Of a stretch of DNA of 41,475 nt, positions 10,137-18,299 are shown piece after piece. The stretch lies in the IMG/VR virus record IMGVR_UViG_3300037761_000092, positions 1 to 41,475 of that record. One strand, 5' to 3'. A model generated the notes under the pieces. That model had not been told where the DNA came from. It searched no databases and was given only the letters and a program-made list of their open reading frames with translations. The DNA comes from a virus (taxonomy: Duplodnaviria; Caudoviricetes). How positions within the stretch are numbered: position 1 is the stretch's first letter; each line of letters starts with the position of its first letter. The position numbers and the translations under genes are program-made.

Positions 10137-10946
10137 ATGACCCGCATCGACCTGCTCTCCAATCCCATGACCACCGCCGAGGACATCATTGTCGGCGGTG
10201 CCTCGGGCGTACCGGAGCGCCTGGCGGCGGGAGCCGAAGGCCAACTGTTGACGGTGGTCGGTGGGGTGCTGCAATGGGCGGACCCCGGCGTCGGCGGCGG
10301 CACGGCCTGGGAGGACGGCGTTCCTTCCGGCAATGGACCGGGCGGGACGGACGATGACGAGTTCGATGACGCCACCCTGACCGGCTTCACGGCGCAGACC
10401 GTTTCGGGTACGGCGACCTGGACCGAGGGCCGGGACGTGCTATCGGCCTTGTTTCATTCGCAGACCTCGGGCGACTGGGCGGCGCAGCTCAAGGCGCTGA
10501 CGACCCCGAGCGCGCCACTGGTCATTGAGACGGCGGTCCGCGTCTTCTCGCCGCATACGTCGTCTGCTCTGGTCGGGCTTCTGCTGACGGACGGGACGAC
10601 AGCCACCGCCAACTGCATCGCCGCCACGACCATCGTCACGACCAGCAACAACAACATCGTCGCTGCGCGCGGTGGGACGCTGACCGACTTTCAAAATCCG
10701 GTCCTCGACCAGCATGCCAACAGCTTCTCGATGATGATTCCGTGGCTGCACATGCGCCTGACGTGGAGCGCGGCGAACACGTTCCTCGGCGAGTGGTCAC
10801 CGGATGGTGTGACGTGGAGCGACTTCGGGCTCGGCACCCAGGCTCACACCATGACCCCGACGCACATGGGCGTGGCCGTGACGAACACTGGCGGCGGCAC
10901 GACGACCCCGCGTATCGCCACCTTCGAGTATCTGCGGCGGAGCTAG
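10137..10946 (+). CDS. second receptor-binding/tail fibre protein with lectin-like beta-sandwich
   Basis: N-terminal fibre attachment motif; DDEFD...WSPDGVTW...ATFEYLR ConA-like pattern. Confidence 0.65.
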   Translation: MTRIDLLSNPMTTAEDIIVGGASGVPERLAAGAEGQLLTVVGGVLQWADPGVGGGTAWEDGVPSGNGPGGTDDDEFDDATLTGFTAQTVSGTATWTEGRDVLSALFHSQTSGDWAAQLKALTTPSAPLVIETAVRVFSPHTSSALVGLLLTDGTTATANCIAATTIVTTSNNNIVAARGGTLTDFQNPVLDQHANSFSMMIPWLHMRLTWSAANTFLGEWSPDGVTWSDFGLGTQAHTMTPTHMGVAVTNTGGGTTTPRIATFEYLRRS

Positions 10947-11897
10947 AAACCTCGACTCGACCAACCGGAACGACAGCTCGGCGATCGCGATTGACGCCGC
11001 GATGAGCAGCACGCCGCCGAACGGAGAGTCAAGGAGCACGCCGGTCGCGCCGAACATCAGCGGAAAGTGCCATAGGTAGACGCCGTAGCTGATCCGGCCC
11101 AGCCGCCGCAACGGGGACCATTCGAGCAGGCGCGACCCGTCGAGTGATGCCGAAACAAGCCACATCGCCGCGAGGCCGGAGGCGAGCAGGCCGATGGTCA
11201 AGCCGGCCGCGTCGGGCTGTACGCTGAGCGACAGCACGACGAGCAGCACGGCCGCGACGAGCGGATGGGGCATCGTACGGCCGCTGCGCCAGGCGAAGGC
11301 CAACAGGCACCCCAGCAGTAGCGCCTCGGCTCGCACGTCGGTCCCGTAGGCCAGCCGCACGTCCGGGGCACCCGACGCCATGAGCGCCACGCGCAGCGCG
11401 AACGACGCGATGATGCCCACTACGACCAGGATCACGAAGCGGCGCGTCCCGAGCCACGGCAGCAGGGCCATGACCGCCAGCGGCCACAGCGCGTAGAAGT
11501 GCTCCTCGACCGATAGCGACCAGGTGTGAGTCAGCAACCCCACATCGCCGGTCAGGATGAGATCGACGTTGGCGACGTAGAACAGGGCCGAGGCGGCATC
11601 GCCCCATGGGCTCCGGCCCGCCACCACCTCGACCGTGGTGACGACTGCGAGGAGCACGACGAGCGCAGGCAGCAGACGACGTATGCGGCGTCGATAGAAG
11701 GCCCACAGGCCAATCGTCCCCGTGCTCCGCAACTCGGTGAGCAGCAGCGACGTGATGAGAAAGCCGGAGAGCACGAAGAACAGCGTCACGCCCACCGGCC
11801 CGCCCCCGTAGAACGGTCCGAGCTGGGCGTGTGACAGCAGCACCAGCAGGATGGCTAGGCCGCGGATGCCGTCAAGGGCCGGGCGGTGGCCTAGCAC
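10797..11897 (-). CDS. acyltransferase-3 family (OafA-like) membrane O-acetyltransferase
   Basis: PALDGIRGLA, GVTLFFVLSGFLIT, RRIRRLLP, HTWSLSVEEHFY, GRISYGVYLWH motifs; multi-TM. Confidence 0.93.
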   Translation of the reverse strand: MLGHRPALDGIRGLAILLVLLSHAQLGPFYGGGPVGVTLFFVLSGFLITSLLLTELRSTGTIGLWAFYRRRIRRLLPALVVLLAVVTTVEVVAGRSPWGDAASALFYVANVDLILTGDVGLLTHTWSLSVEEHFYALWPLAVMALLPWLGTRRFVILVVVGIIASFALRVALMASGAPDVRLAYGTDVRAEALLLGCLLAFAWRSGRTMPHPLVAAVLLVVLSLSVQPDAAGLTIGLLASGLAAMWLVSASLDGSRLLEWSPLRRLGRISYGVYLWHFPLMFGATGVLLDSPFGGVLLIAASIAIAELSFRLVESRFLAPPQILEGGDTRGRRAAASVRHGHAHVRRGHGVSLGAEPEVAPRHTIR

Positions 11898-11932
11898 CCT
11901 AGCTCCTGTAACGCTCGCATCGCTTTCCTCCC

Positions 11933-11941
11933 TGTGGATAA
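11933..11941 (-). promoter_or_regulatory. DnaA-box consensus (TTATCCACA)
   Basis: TGTGGATAA on +; near-match CGTGGAAAA at 11965-11973. Confidence 0.35.
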
Positions 11942-12039
11942 CCGCCCAGCGGTTCGGTCAATCCCGTGGAAAACTCTGCAAGTATTGGTTGACCGCTTGC
12001 TAGCATGACGAGCGACACCCCACTCTCGAGGCGCTGCCC

Positions 12040-12240
12040 ATGGCCGATCTCATTCCCGTCCAGCGTTTGGGACTGGAGGTGACTCAGATCCTCGGCCTTG
12101 TGGCGATTCTGCGGCCGGACCTTCCGTATCGGCTGGATCGTCAGGCGCTTCGACGCCTTGCGGCGGGAGAGCTTCGAGCCGTCCGATCACACGCCACGCA
12201 GCCTCGACCAGATCAGCGGGAAGTGCCAGCGCCTCGATGA
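12040..12240 (+). CDS. possible antisense-overlapping small protein
   Basis: amphipathic-looking 66 aa ORF downstream of a TAGCAT -10-like box; overlaps the repressor 3' end. Confidence 0.3.
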   Translation: MADLIPVQRLGLEVTQILGLVAILRPDLPYRLDRQALRRLAAGELRAVRSHATQPRPDQREVPAPR

Positions 12241-12481
12241 GCTGACGGTTCCGGTGTAGCTCGTCGACAATCCGAGACTCCAACTCCGCCCCCCATGCGG
12301 GGGCGGTTTCGTTGTGTCCGAACATCTCGAACACGATGCGCTCGACCACGGCAGGGACTTCCGACCGCTGGCGGTACCAACGGTTCAGGGTTTCGCCGCT
12401 GACTCGGTAGCCGCGTCTGGTGATCTCCTGGGCTACCGCCGTCCGGTTGGCCCAGCGCAGCACCTCATGGATGTCCGGCAT
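12050..12481 (-). CDS. repressor-like HTH protein
   Basis: RTAVAQEI...VSGETLNRWY HTH; divergent from the Cro-like gene. Confidence 0.6.
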   Translation of the reverse strand: MPDIHEVLRWANRTAVAQEITRRGYRVSGETLNRWYRQRSEVPAVVERIVFEMFGHNETAPAWGAELESRIVDELHRNRQLIEALALPADLVEAAWRVIGRLEALPPQGVEAPDDPADTEGPAAESPQGRGSESPPVPNAGRE

Positions 12482-12485
12482 GCAC

Positions 12486-12584
12486 TGACAGCATGACCGA
12501 ATACGCACAACGTGGCGCATCGAACTGAGCGACGGCCAAACTGGTGCTTGACAGAATCCGGGCAACGGTGGCAGTATTCTGTCA
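12486..12584. promoter_or_regulatory. divergent promoter/operator region
   Basis: TTGACA(12548)-18-CAGTAT-6-ATG; operator-like TGACMGMAT at 12486, 12494, 12549 and inverted at 12576-12584. Confidence 0.7.
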
Positions 12585-12745
12585 TGAAGCAACCGCCGCG
12601 CGTCAGTGAGGCATTGCTACGGGAAGCACTGACGGCCGCCGGGTCGCCGGAGAAGGCCGCACCGCTGCTGAACGTGAGCCCTCGGACGATCTACCGCTGG
12701 ATGAAGTTCTACCGGATCACCCGAACCTACGCCGCCGCGGCATAA
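12584..12745 (+). CDS. Cro-like small HTH protein
   Basis: EKAAPLLNVSPRTIYRWMK HTH; first gene of the rightward operon. Confidence 0.75.
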   Translation: MKQPPRVSEALLREALTAAGSPEKAAPLLNVSPRTIYRWMKFYRITRTYAAAA

Positions 12746-12811
12746 GCCAAGGCCGCTCCCACCGCCGGTCAGACGAGCGGGAACGGCCTCAACGAAAGGA
12801 ACGGTACACCA

Positions 12812-12946
12812 ATGGCGACCGTTAGCGAAGTCACCATCTTCATTGAGGCATCGGACGGGCTGCCCGGCTGCCCTTACTGCGGCCAGATCGACCCCGAGCC
12901 GGAGACGCATCTGGCGCGTGTTCACGACGCGGATGGCGCGGCATGA
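12812..12946 (+). CDS. small Zn-binding hypothetical protein
   Basis: AAAGGA RBS, CPYC...HLARVH, ATGA coupling. Confidence 0.5.
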   Translation: MATVSEVTIFIEASDGLPGCPYCGQIDPEPETHLARVHDADGAA

Positions 12947-13311
12947 CCCTGCTTTCAAGGACCACCGCCCGCCGCCATGCGGCAGCCTCGTCCCTCGGCC
13001 GTCGCCTGTCCGAAGCCTCGGGCCTGCGAGTTGAGGAAATCGGGGCCGTGACCGACATCGAGCCCACCTACCGCGCCGTCGATAGCGCAGGCGACCTCGA
13101 GATGGCATCGTGGTTCAAGCGGCACTACGCAGCGCAGACCACCGAGGACGGCCGCGAGGACGTGGCCGCGGGCTTCGCCATCCTGCAGCGCACCGAGCGC
13201 CGCGAGGAGCTGGCGGTCACGACCTCCGTTGAGGATGCGGCCGATACGTTGCGGGCCAATAACCCCTTCTGGCTTTCGGATGGCTGCGGCCCCGATGGAC
13301 GTGCGGCATGA
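12943..13311 (+). CDS. hypothetical protein
   Basis: ATGA-coupled ORF in the early operon. Confidence 0.6.
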   Translation: MTLLSRTTARRHAAASSLGRRLSEASGLRVEEIGAVTDIEPTYRAVDSAGDLEMASWFKRHYAAQTTEDGREDVAAGFAILQRTERREELAVTTSVEDAADTLRANNPFWLSDGCGPDGRAA

Positions 13312-13700
13312 ACCCAGAAGATGTCGGACGCATCCTCGATGAGATCGGGGAGCGTATTGGTCCGGCCGGTTCCCACGTGTTCGAGTTGGCGATCCGGCAA
13401 GCCATCATTGATGGATCGGCCTCGTTGGTGGCCGGGGTCATCCTGATAGTCGTCGCGGTATGGGCTTTCCGCCGAGCGCGAACGGCCATCTACCGCAAGC
13501 CTGAGCCAGACCCGAACCGCGGCACCTACTACAGCTCGACCGACAAGATGGACGAGTACTTTCCGATGGGTGGAGTGGCGGCCGCAACCGGCATCGTCTT
13601 CATCCTTGGAATTTGGACCGTCTATGACGGTGTGACCTCCCTCCTGAACCCCGAGTACGCGGCCATCCGAGACCTCCTGTCACGGCTGGTGCCGCAATGA
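13308..13700 (+). CDS. two-TM membrane protein
   Basis: two hydrophobic helices; ends NPEYAAIRDLL. Confidence 0.65.
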   Translation: MNPEDVGRILDEIGERIGPAGSHVFELAIRQAIIDGSASLVAGVILIVVAVWAFRRARTAIYRKPEPDPNRGTYYSSTDKMDEYFPMGGVAAATGIVFILGIWTVYDGVTSLLNPEYAAIRDLLSRLVPQ

Positions 13701-13807
13701 CCCTCATCGCCGCCGTCGACACCCTGACCCTCGTGGTCACCGGAATCTTTGTCGCTGCCGTCCTCGTCGCATGTATCGCCGCCTACCGGACGAGGGGGGA
13801 CAAGTGA
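13697..13807 (+). CDS. 36-aa membrane peptide
   Basis: ATGA/GTGA coupling, hydrophobic core. Confidence 0.5.
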   Translation: MTLIAAVDTLTLVVTGIFVAAVLVACIAAYRTRGDK

Positions 13808-14157
13808 CTGTCGAAACCCGAACCGCCGTTGTCCCGGCCACCAAGACCGTTGCGGACGTGCTGCGCCACGCGGCGCTCATCATCGAAGAACGGGGCTGGC
13901 ACAACGACCAGCCGAGCGTCTACCAGACCCGCCAAGGAACGGTCTGCATGATTGGGGCAGTCGCTTCTGCCACCGGCTTGTCCGATCCCGACATAGACCC
14001 TTGGCCCACGGTCGTTGATGCAGTGCGGGAGTTCTTGCGGGATCGGCTTCGCGACGTCTCGTGCGCCGAGGAGTGGAACGACGCTCCCGGTCGTACCGCC
14101 CCCGAAGTAACCGTTGCCCTCCGTGCTGCGGCCGATGCGTGGGAGGCCGACCAATGA
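13804..14157 (+). CDS. DUF6197-like phage protein
   Basis: RGW...CMIGA...WNDAPGRT.EV..AL motif. Confidence 0.65.
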   Translation: MTVETRTAVVPATKTVADVLRHAALIIEERGWHNDQPSVYQTRQGTVCMIGAVASATGLSDPDIDPWPTVVDAVREFLRDRLRDVSCAEEWNDAPGRTAPEVTVALRAAADAWEADQ

Positions 14158-14366
14158 ACCCCCTCCATGACGCCGAGCAGGTCGTCGGTCGGATCACCAA
14201 CAGCCACCGCTTCGATCTGCGATATCGGATTCGGTTCGCCCCGCCCGAGCCCATCGAGGTCCCCTGGAAAGAGGTGGCCGAGATCATCGGGGGCATGCTC
14301 GTCTTTGGCGGGCTGATGGTCGGCCTGTTCCTGTGGCTGGCGATTGCCGAGGCCGCCCGTGTCTAG
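14154..14366 (+). CDS. membrane protein
   Basis: C-terminal TM helix, coupled start. Confidence 0.55.
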   Translation: MNPLHDAEQVVGRITNSHRFDLRYRIRFAPPEPIEVPWKEVAEIIGGMLVFGGLMVGLFLWLAIAEAARV

Positions 14367-14709
14367 AGCACAAGAGCTGCTGGACGCCGCGACCCCGTTG
14401 CCGTGGCGGGCATCAGGCCCATGGTGGAGCACCGCCCGCAAGGATGGCGACCCGCCGAGTTGGGCTGTGGACACGCCGCATCAAGGCGTCGTGAAGCACG
14501 CCTACAAGGAAGCCGACACCGCTCTCATCGTCTACGCCGTCAATGCACTCCCGGCATACGAGCGAATAGCCGAAGCCTTGGACCGGCTGATTACGACGAT
14601 GGAGCTTTCGGGCGAAGACCTTGGAATCCCCACCGATCAGTGGGACGAAACCCTCAAGGAAGCCCACCAAGCTTTGGCCGAAGTTCGCGGGGTGGCCCTC
14701 AATGTGTGA
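14359..14709 (+). CDS. Ead/Ea22-like hypothetical protein
   Basis: ATPLPW...ADTALIVYAVN pattern. Confidence 0.5.
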   Translation: MSRAQELLDAATPLPWRASGPWWSTARKDGDPPSWAVDTPHQGVVKHAYKEADTALIVYAVNALPAYERIAEALDRLITTMELSGEDLGIPTDQWDETLKEAHQALAEVRGVALNV

Positions 14710-15314
14710 GTCACGACGACCCGCCAACGGAGCCGACTCCGGCTTGGACCCGAAGCCGTACCGAATCTTGATGGAAGACGAGACGGGCGACCGCATCACC
14801 GTCCGCGTCGAAGCGGCCATAGGCAAACGGGACGCGTTCAACCAGGCGAGGTTCCGCCAGCCCGAGTACGTGCCGCTTGCGGCGGAGGAGGTGGCGTGAC
14901 CATTCCGTTGTCGAAAGTGCCCGTCGTCCCGAAGAAGCCGAGCGAGTGCAAACGTCACCACTGGTCGCAACGATTCGACCTGAGAACGGGTGAGTTCTTG
15001 GACGGCGCGGCGTGCTGGCATTGCGGGACGCCCGCGCCCGAGCCGAAGCCATGACCTTCTCCGGCCCCTACCTCGCTGCGCGAATCGAGGCCCGCCGCAA
15101 CGTCGCGCTGGCTGAGTACAAACGCGCACGTCGCTGGTTCTGCGACCCCGCCTCCAAGCTGTCGCCCGAAGCCCTCCAAGAGCGCTACCGCATCGAAGCC
15201 TTCGTGGCCCGTGCGGTGTGGAGCGCGTACGCCGATTTACTGCGGGAGCCGGATTGGATCGAGCGGCGGGTCAGCGGCATTGACTTGGATGACCTCGCGA
15301 GGATGGCGTCGTGA
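14702..15314 (+). other. three coupled small hypothetical ORFs (14702-14899, 14896-15054, 15051-15314)
   Basis: RBS plus overlapping start/stop chain. Confidence 0.5.
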
Positions 15315-16084
15315 CCGGCCTCGCAGTGACCCGCGCCATCGAGCGCACCCAGGGCCACCTGTACACGCTACGGACGGCCGAGGAGGTTCACGGACCCTTC
15401 CCCGGTGCGACGGCCATCACGGGCCTTCAGGACTCGCTGGGCGGCTCTGACGGGCTCATGGGCTGGGCCGTGAACCTAGCCCTCGATGAAGTGGCGCGCC
15501 ACGTTCTCGAACCGGACCCGGCTGTTGGATGGTCCGACGTTCGCGCACGCGCGTTCGCGGCCAAGAACGGACCCCGCGACCTCGGGTCGGCCATCCACGC
15601 CGACTGCGACCGCATCAACCGCGGACTTCCACCGACGATGCAGTACGCAGGGTCCGCACCCTACCTCGCGCAGTACGGCGCGGCCCTGTACCAGAAGGGG
15701 ATTCGGGTCCTCGGCTCCGAACGCTACGTGGTCAACACCGAGGTCGGGTTGGGCGGCCAGTACGACTCGCTGGTAGAGATCGACGGAGAGCGGGGACTAC
15801 TGGACGTGAAGTCCGGGTCCGAGAAGCCGTCGCAACGGCTCCAGCTCACGGCCCTGTCGATGGGCCAGTGGCACGGAGAGGCGGGCCTCGAGGCCGAGCT
15901 CATGCCGAAGTTGTCTGGGGTCGGGTTCATCCTCCTGCTCCGGCCGGACGGCTACGAACTGGTCCGCCACGAGATCACCGACGCCGACCGGGCACACGTC
16001 ATCCGCTTGGTCGATACCTACCACGCCATCCGAGAGTGGGCGGCTGCGTTCGCCCCGACAGCATTGAGGGAGATCGCCGCATGA
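15311..16084 (+). CDS. PD-(D/E)XK exonuclease (RecE/Cas4-like recombination nuclease)
   Basis: GSAIH...E...GGQYD...LLDVKSG...LQLTAL motifs. Confidence 0.8.
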   Translation: MTGLAVTRAIERTQGHLYTLRTAEEVHGPFPGATAITGLQDSLGGSDGLMGWAVNLALDEVARHVLEPDPAVGWSDVRARAFAAKNGPRDLGSAIHADCDRINRGLPPTMQYAGSAPYLAQYGAALYQKGIRVLGSERYVVNTEVGLGGQYDSLVEIDGERGLLDVKSGSEKPSQRLQLTALSMGQWHGEAGLEAELMPKLSGVGFILLLRPDGYELVRHEITDADRAHVIRLVDTYHAIREWAAAFAPTALREIAA

Positions 16085-16305
16085 CTACCCAGACCATTTG
16101 CGACTTCCCCGAGTGCGGCAAGACCGCCGTGTGGAAGGTGGAGTTGTCGGATATCACCCCTCACGTCTGGGGCGACCTGAGCTTCACCATCAGCAGTGGT
16201 ACCCCCCAGCCTCGACGTGAGATGGATGTGTGCGCCAAGCACCTTCCGCGCGTGACCTTCGACCTCAATGAGATCGCCGAGTTCGATCGGGCGAAGTCGG
16301 CATGA
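16081..16305 (+). CDS. small Zn-finger hypothetical protein
   Basis: CDFPEC...DVCAKH. Confidence 0.55.
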   Translation: MTTQTICDFPECGKTAVWKVELSDITPHVWGDLSFTISSGTPQPRREMDVCAKHLPRVTFDLNEIAEFDRAKSA

Positions 16306-16703
16306 ACCGAGAACGCGCAGCACGCGCCTACGACCTCATCGCAGAAGGATTCGCGGAGCTGGCGATCGCCGTCCGCGAGATTGAACCGGCTGCTGCTCGG
16401 GCGGCCGTGCCGGAGGCGGGGACTGCCCACCCCGCCCCGGCTGACCCACCTCGCGAGGCTTACCTCATGGATGCCGACGAAACCAGCAGGGAGCAGCCGG
16501 CCCTCAAGCCGCAAGTCGACGCAGGACTCGGGAAGTGCCCGACACACGGCACCTCATGGACGGTCAAGGCCGGGGGCATCTCGCGCAACGGCAAGCCCTA
16601 CAAGGCGTTCTGGAAGTGCTCGGAGAAGGACGGCGATGCGTTCTGCAACGAGAAGCCCCAGAAGATTTGGGCCGACACGCATCCTGCGGAGCGGGCGGCA
16701 TGA
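16302..16703 (+). CDS. Zn-ribbon protein, possibly recombination/ssDNA-associated
   Basis: CPTHG...GKPYKAFWKC...C motif next to the exonuclease. Confidence 0.55.
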   Translation: MNRERAARAYDLIAEGFAELAIAVREIEPAAARAAVPEAGTAHPAPADPPREAYLMDADETSREQPALKPQVDAGLGKCPTHGTSWTVKAGGISRNGKPYKAFWKCSEKDGDAFCNEKPQKIWADTHPAERAA

Positions 16704-16867
16704 CCTCACGCAGATACGCATGGTGGAAGCCGTGGGCGTTCGTCATGGTGGGTACCCTTGTCTCTGCTGCAGTGCTCTCATTCGTCCCCGACGACTGGAC
16801 GACCGCTGTTGCCTTGGGGCTTGGGGGGGTTATCGGCGGATACGCCCAGCGGTGGTGGCCGTCGTGA
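16700..16867 (+). CDS. small two-TM protein
   Basis: two hydrophobic segments, coupled. Confidence 0.5.
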   Translation: MTSRRYAWWKPWAFVMVGTLVSAAVLSFVPDDWTTAVALGLGGVIGGYAQRWWPS

Positions 16868-17103
16868 AGCGCCCGACGCCCAACGCTCGCAAGGTGCTCG
16901 AGGTCTTCGTCGCCAGCAACTACGGCTGGGTGCGCGGCGGCAGGCTGGTCGAGGTGGGCGGGACACGGTTCGGGGCACGCCTGTTCGAGCTCAAGGAGTT
17001 CGGATACGCCCACGAGAAGCGGCACGACCCTACGTCGGCCCAGCCGATGTACCGCCTGTACCCGGTGGACCGGCAGCTCACCCTCGAAGAAGCGGTCGCA
17101 TGA
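16864..17103 (+). CDS. winged-HTH DNA-binding protein
   Basis: RFGARLFELKEFGY motif. Confidence 0.6.
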   Translation: MKRPTPNARKVLEVFVASNYGWVRGGRLVEVGGTRFGARLFELKEFGYAHEKRHDPTSAQPMYRLYPVDRQLTLEEAVA

Positions 17104-17462
17104 CCCGGCCCGAATCCGCGTTCGCAGCCCCACCACCTCGCAAGGCACCGAAGGTGAAGCGGGACACGCCCGACGAGGCCGCGGAGAAGCGGTACGTCCG
17201 GCTGCGGGACCGAGGCTGCGTGGCCGTCCGGGCAATGCAGAGCGCCCATCCTGGCACCGCAGCATGGGCGCTCATCTGTAGCGGCCCCATCGAGGTCGAC
17301 CACGTTCGAGCATCGGGCGGGCTGGGGCTCAAGTCGGAGACACATCGCCGAAACATGGTGTGCCTCTGTACATGGCACCACAAGGCGAAAACAGATTACG
17401 GCAAGACGTGGCGGCCGTTGCTCATCGCCTACCTCGATAGCGTCGAGGGGCCGTCGACATGA
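17100..17462 (+). CDS. HNH-fold nuclease
   Basis: RDRGC...C..IEVDHV...NMVCLCTWHHKAKT. Confidence 0.75.
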   Translation: MTRPESAFAAPPPRKAPKVKRDTPDEAAEKRYVRLRDRGCVAVRAMQSAHPGTAAWALICSGPIEVDHVRASGGLGLKSETHRRNMVCLCTWHHKAKTDYGKTWRPLLIAYLDSVEGPST

Positions 17463-17731
17463 CCGCGCAGAAACATCAGGTCTTTTGGCCGGTGTCGGAA
17501 TGGGAGGCACTAGAGGCACAGCGTCGTGCGCGGGATGCGGCTCGTCTTCCGAGAGGATTCCGGTCTGAGGCTCGTCGGCGGATCGCCGCTGACTATGGGA
17601 TCTCACCGCGAACCGTGGAACGCTGGGCCAACTACAAGATTCGGACGGTGCGGTGCGCGGGCTGGTCGGCGTTGTTTGTGGTCGGGCAGCGGCGGCCCTC
17701 CCAGGTGACGCCGTGGGAGAAGGTGGCATGA
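17459..17731 (+). CDS. HTH DNA-binding protein
   Basis: RIAADYGISPRTVERW. Confidence 0.6.
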   Translation: MTAQKHQVFWPVSEWEALEAQRRARDAARLPRGFRSEARRRIAADYGISPRTVERWANYKIRTVRCAGWSALFVVGQRRPSQVTPWEKVA

Positions 17732-18299
17732 CCGCCGACTTCCGCCAACGCAACAGCCAGTGTCCGACGTGCCGGATGCGCTGGAGGTTCCCGCAGGCCG
17801 CCGTGAGAGCCCTGTACGGGCCGCTGTATATCGACCGCAAGGCCTACCACTGGCTGGAGAACGCGGCCCGCGTGTTCGATGAGCAGTCCGAGGAACTGTT
17901 CACGGCGGCCGAGTTCGTGGCATGGGTGCGGGCCGATATCTTCGGTGAAAAGGCGTCGATGGTCGAGTTCGATGGTGCCCCGCCTCGCAACGACACTGGA
18001 AACCTCACAAAGCGCAACGACCGCAGCGCACACCGGCATCCGTTCACGCTGCCGCAGACGACGCGATGACGATTGACCTGGCCTTCTGGGCTACCTATGG
18101 CCTCGAGACTGAGCCGGCCCAACGCGTCGATGTGGAACATCAGGCCCGTGAGTGGGCGGCGAGTGAACCGCGCATAACCGCTTGCCGAATCGTCAAGGCT
18201 GAACGGCCCGACCCTGAGCGGCCGATGCGATGGACCGTCACCGTCGACGTGGACTTCGAGGAAGCGGCCGACAACCTGTCCTTGTGGGACGTGGCATGA
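17728..18299 (+). other. two coupled hypothetical ORFs (17728-18069, 18066-18299)
   Basis: ATGA coupling. Confidence 0.5.

Noticed and set aside
6375-10946. Diversity-generating retroelement or invertible tail locus
   Set aside because: No reverse transcriptase, invertase or template/variable repeat pair seen
15311-16084. Cas4 or CRISPR system
   Set aside because: No repeat-spacer array or other cas genes, and no Fe-S cysteines; ordinary phage exonuclease
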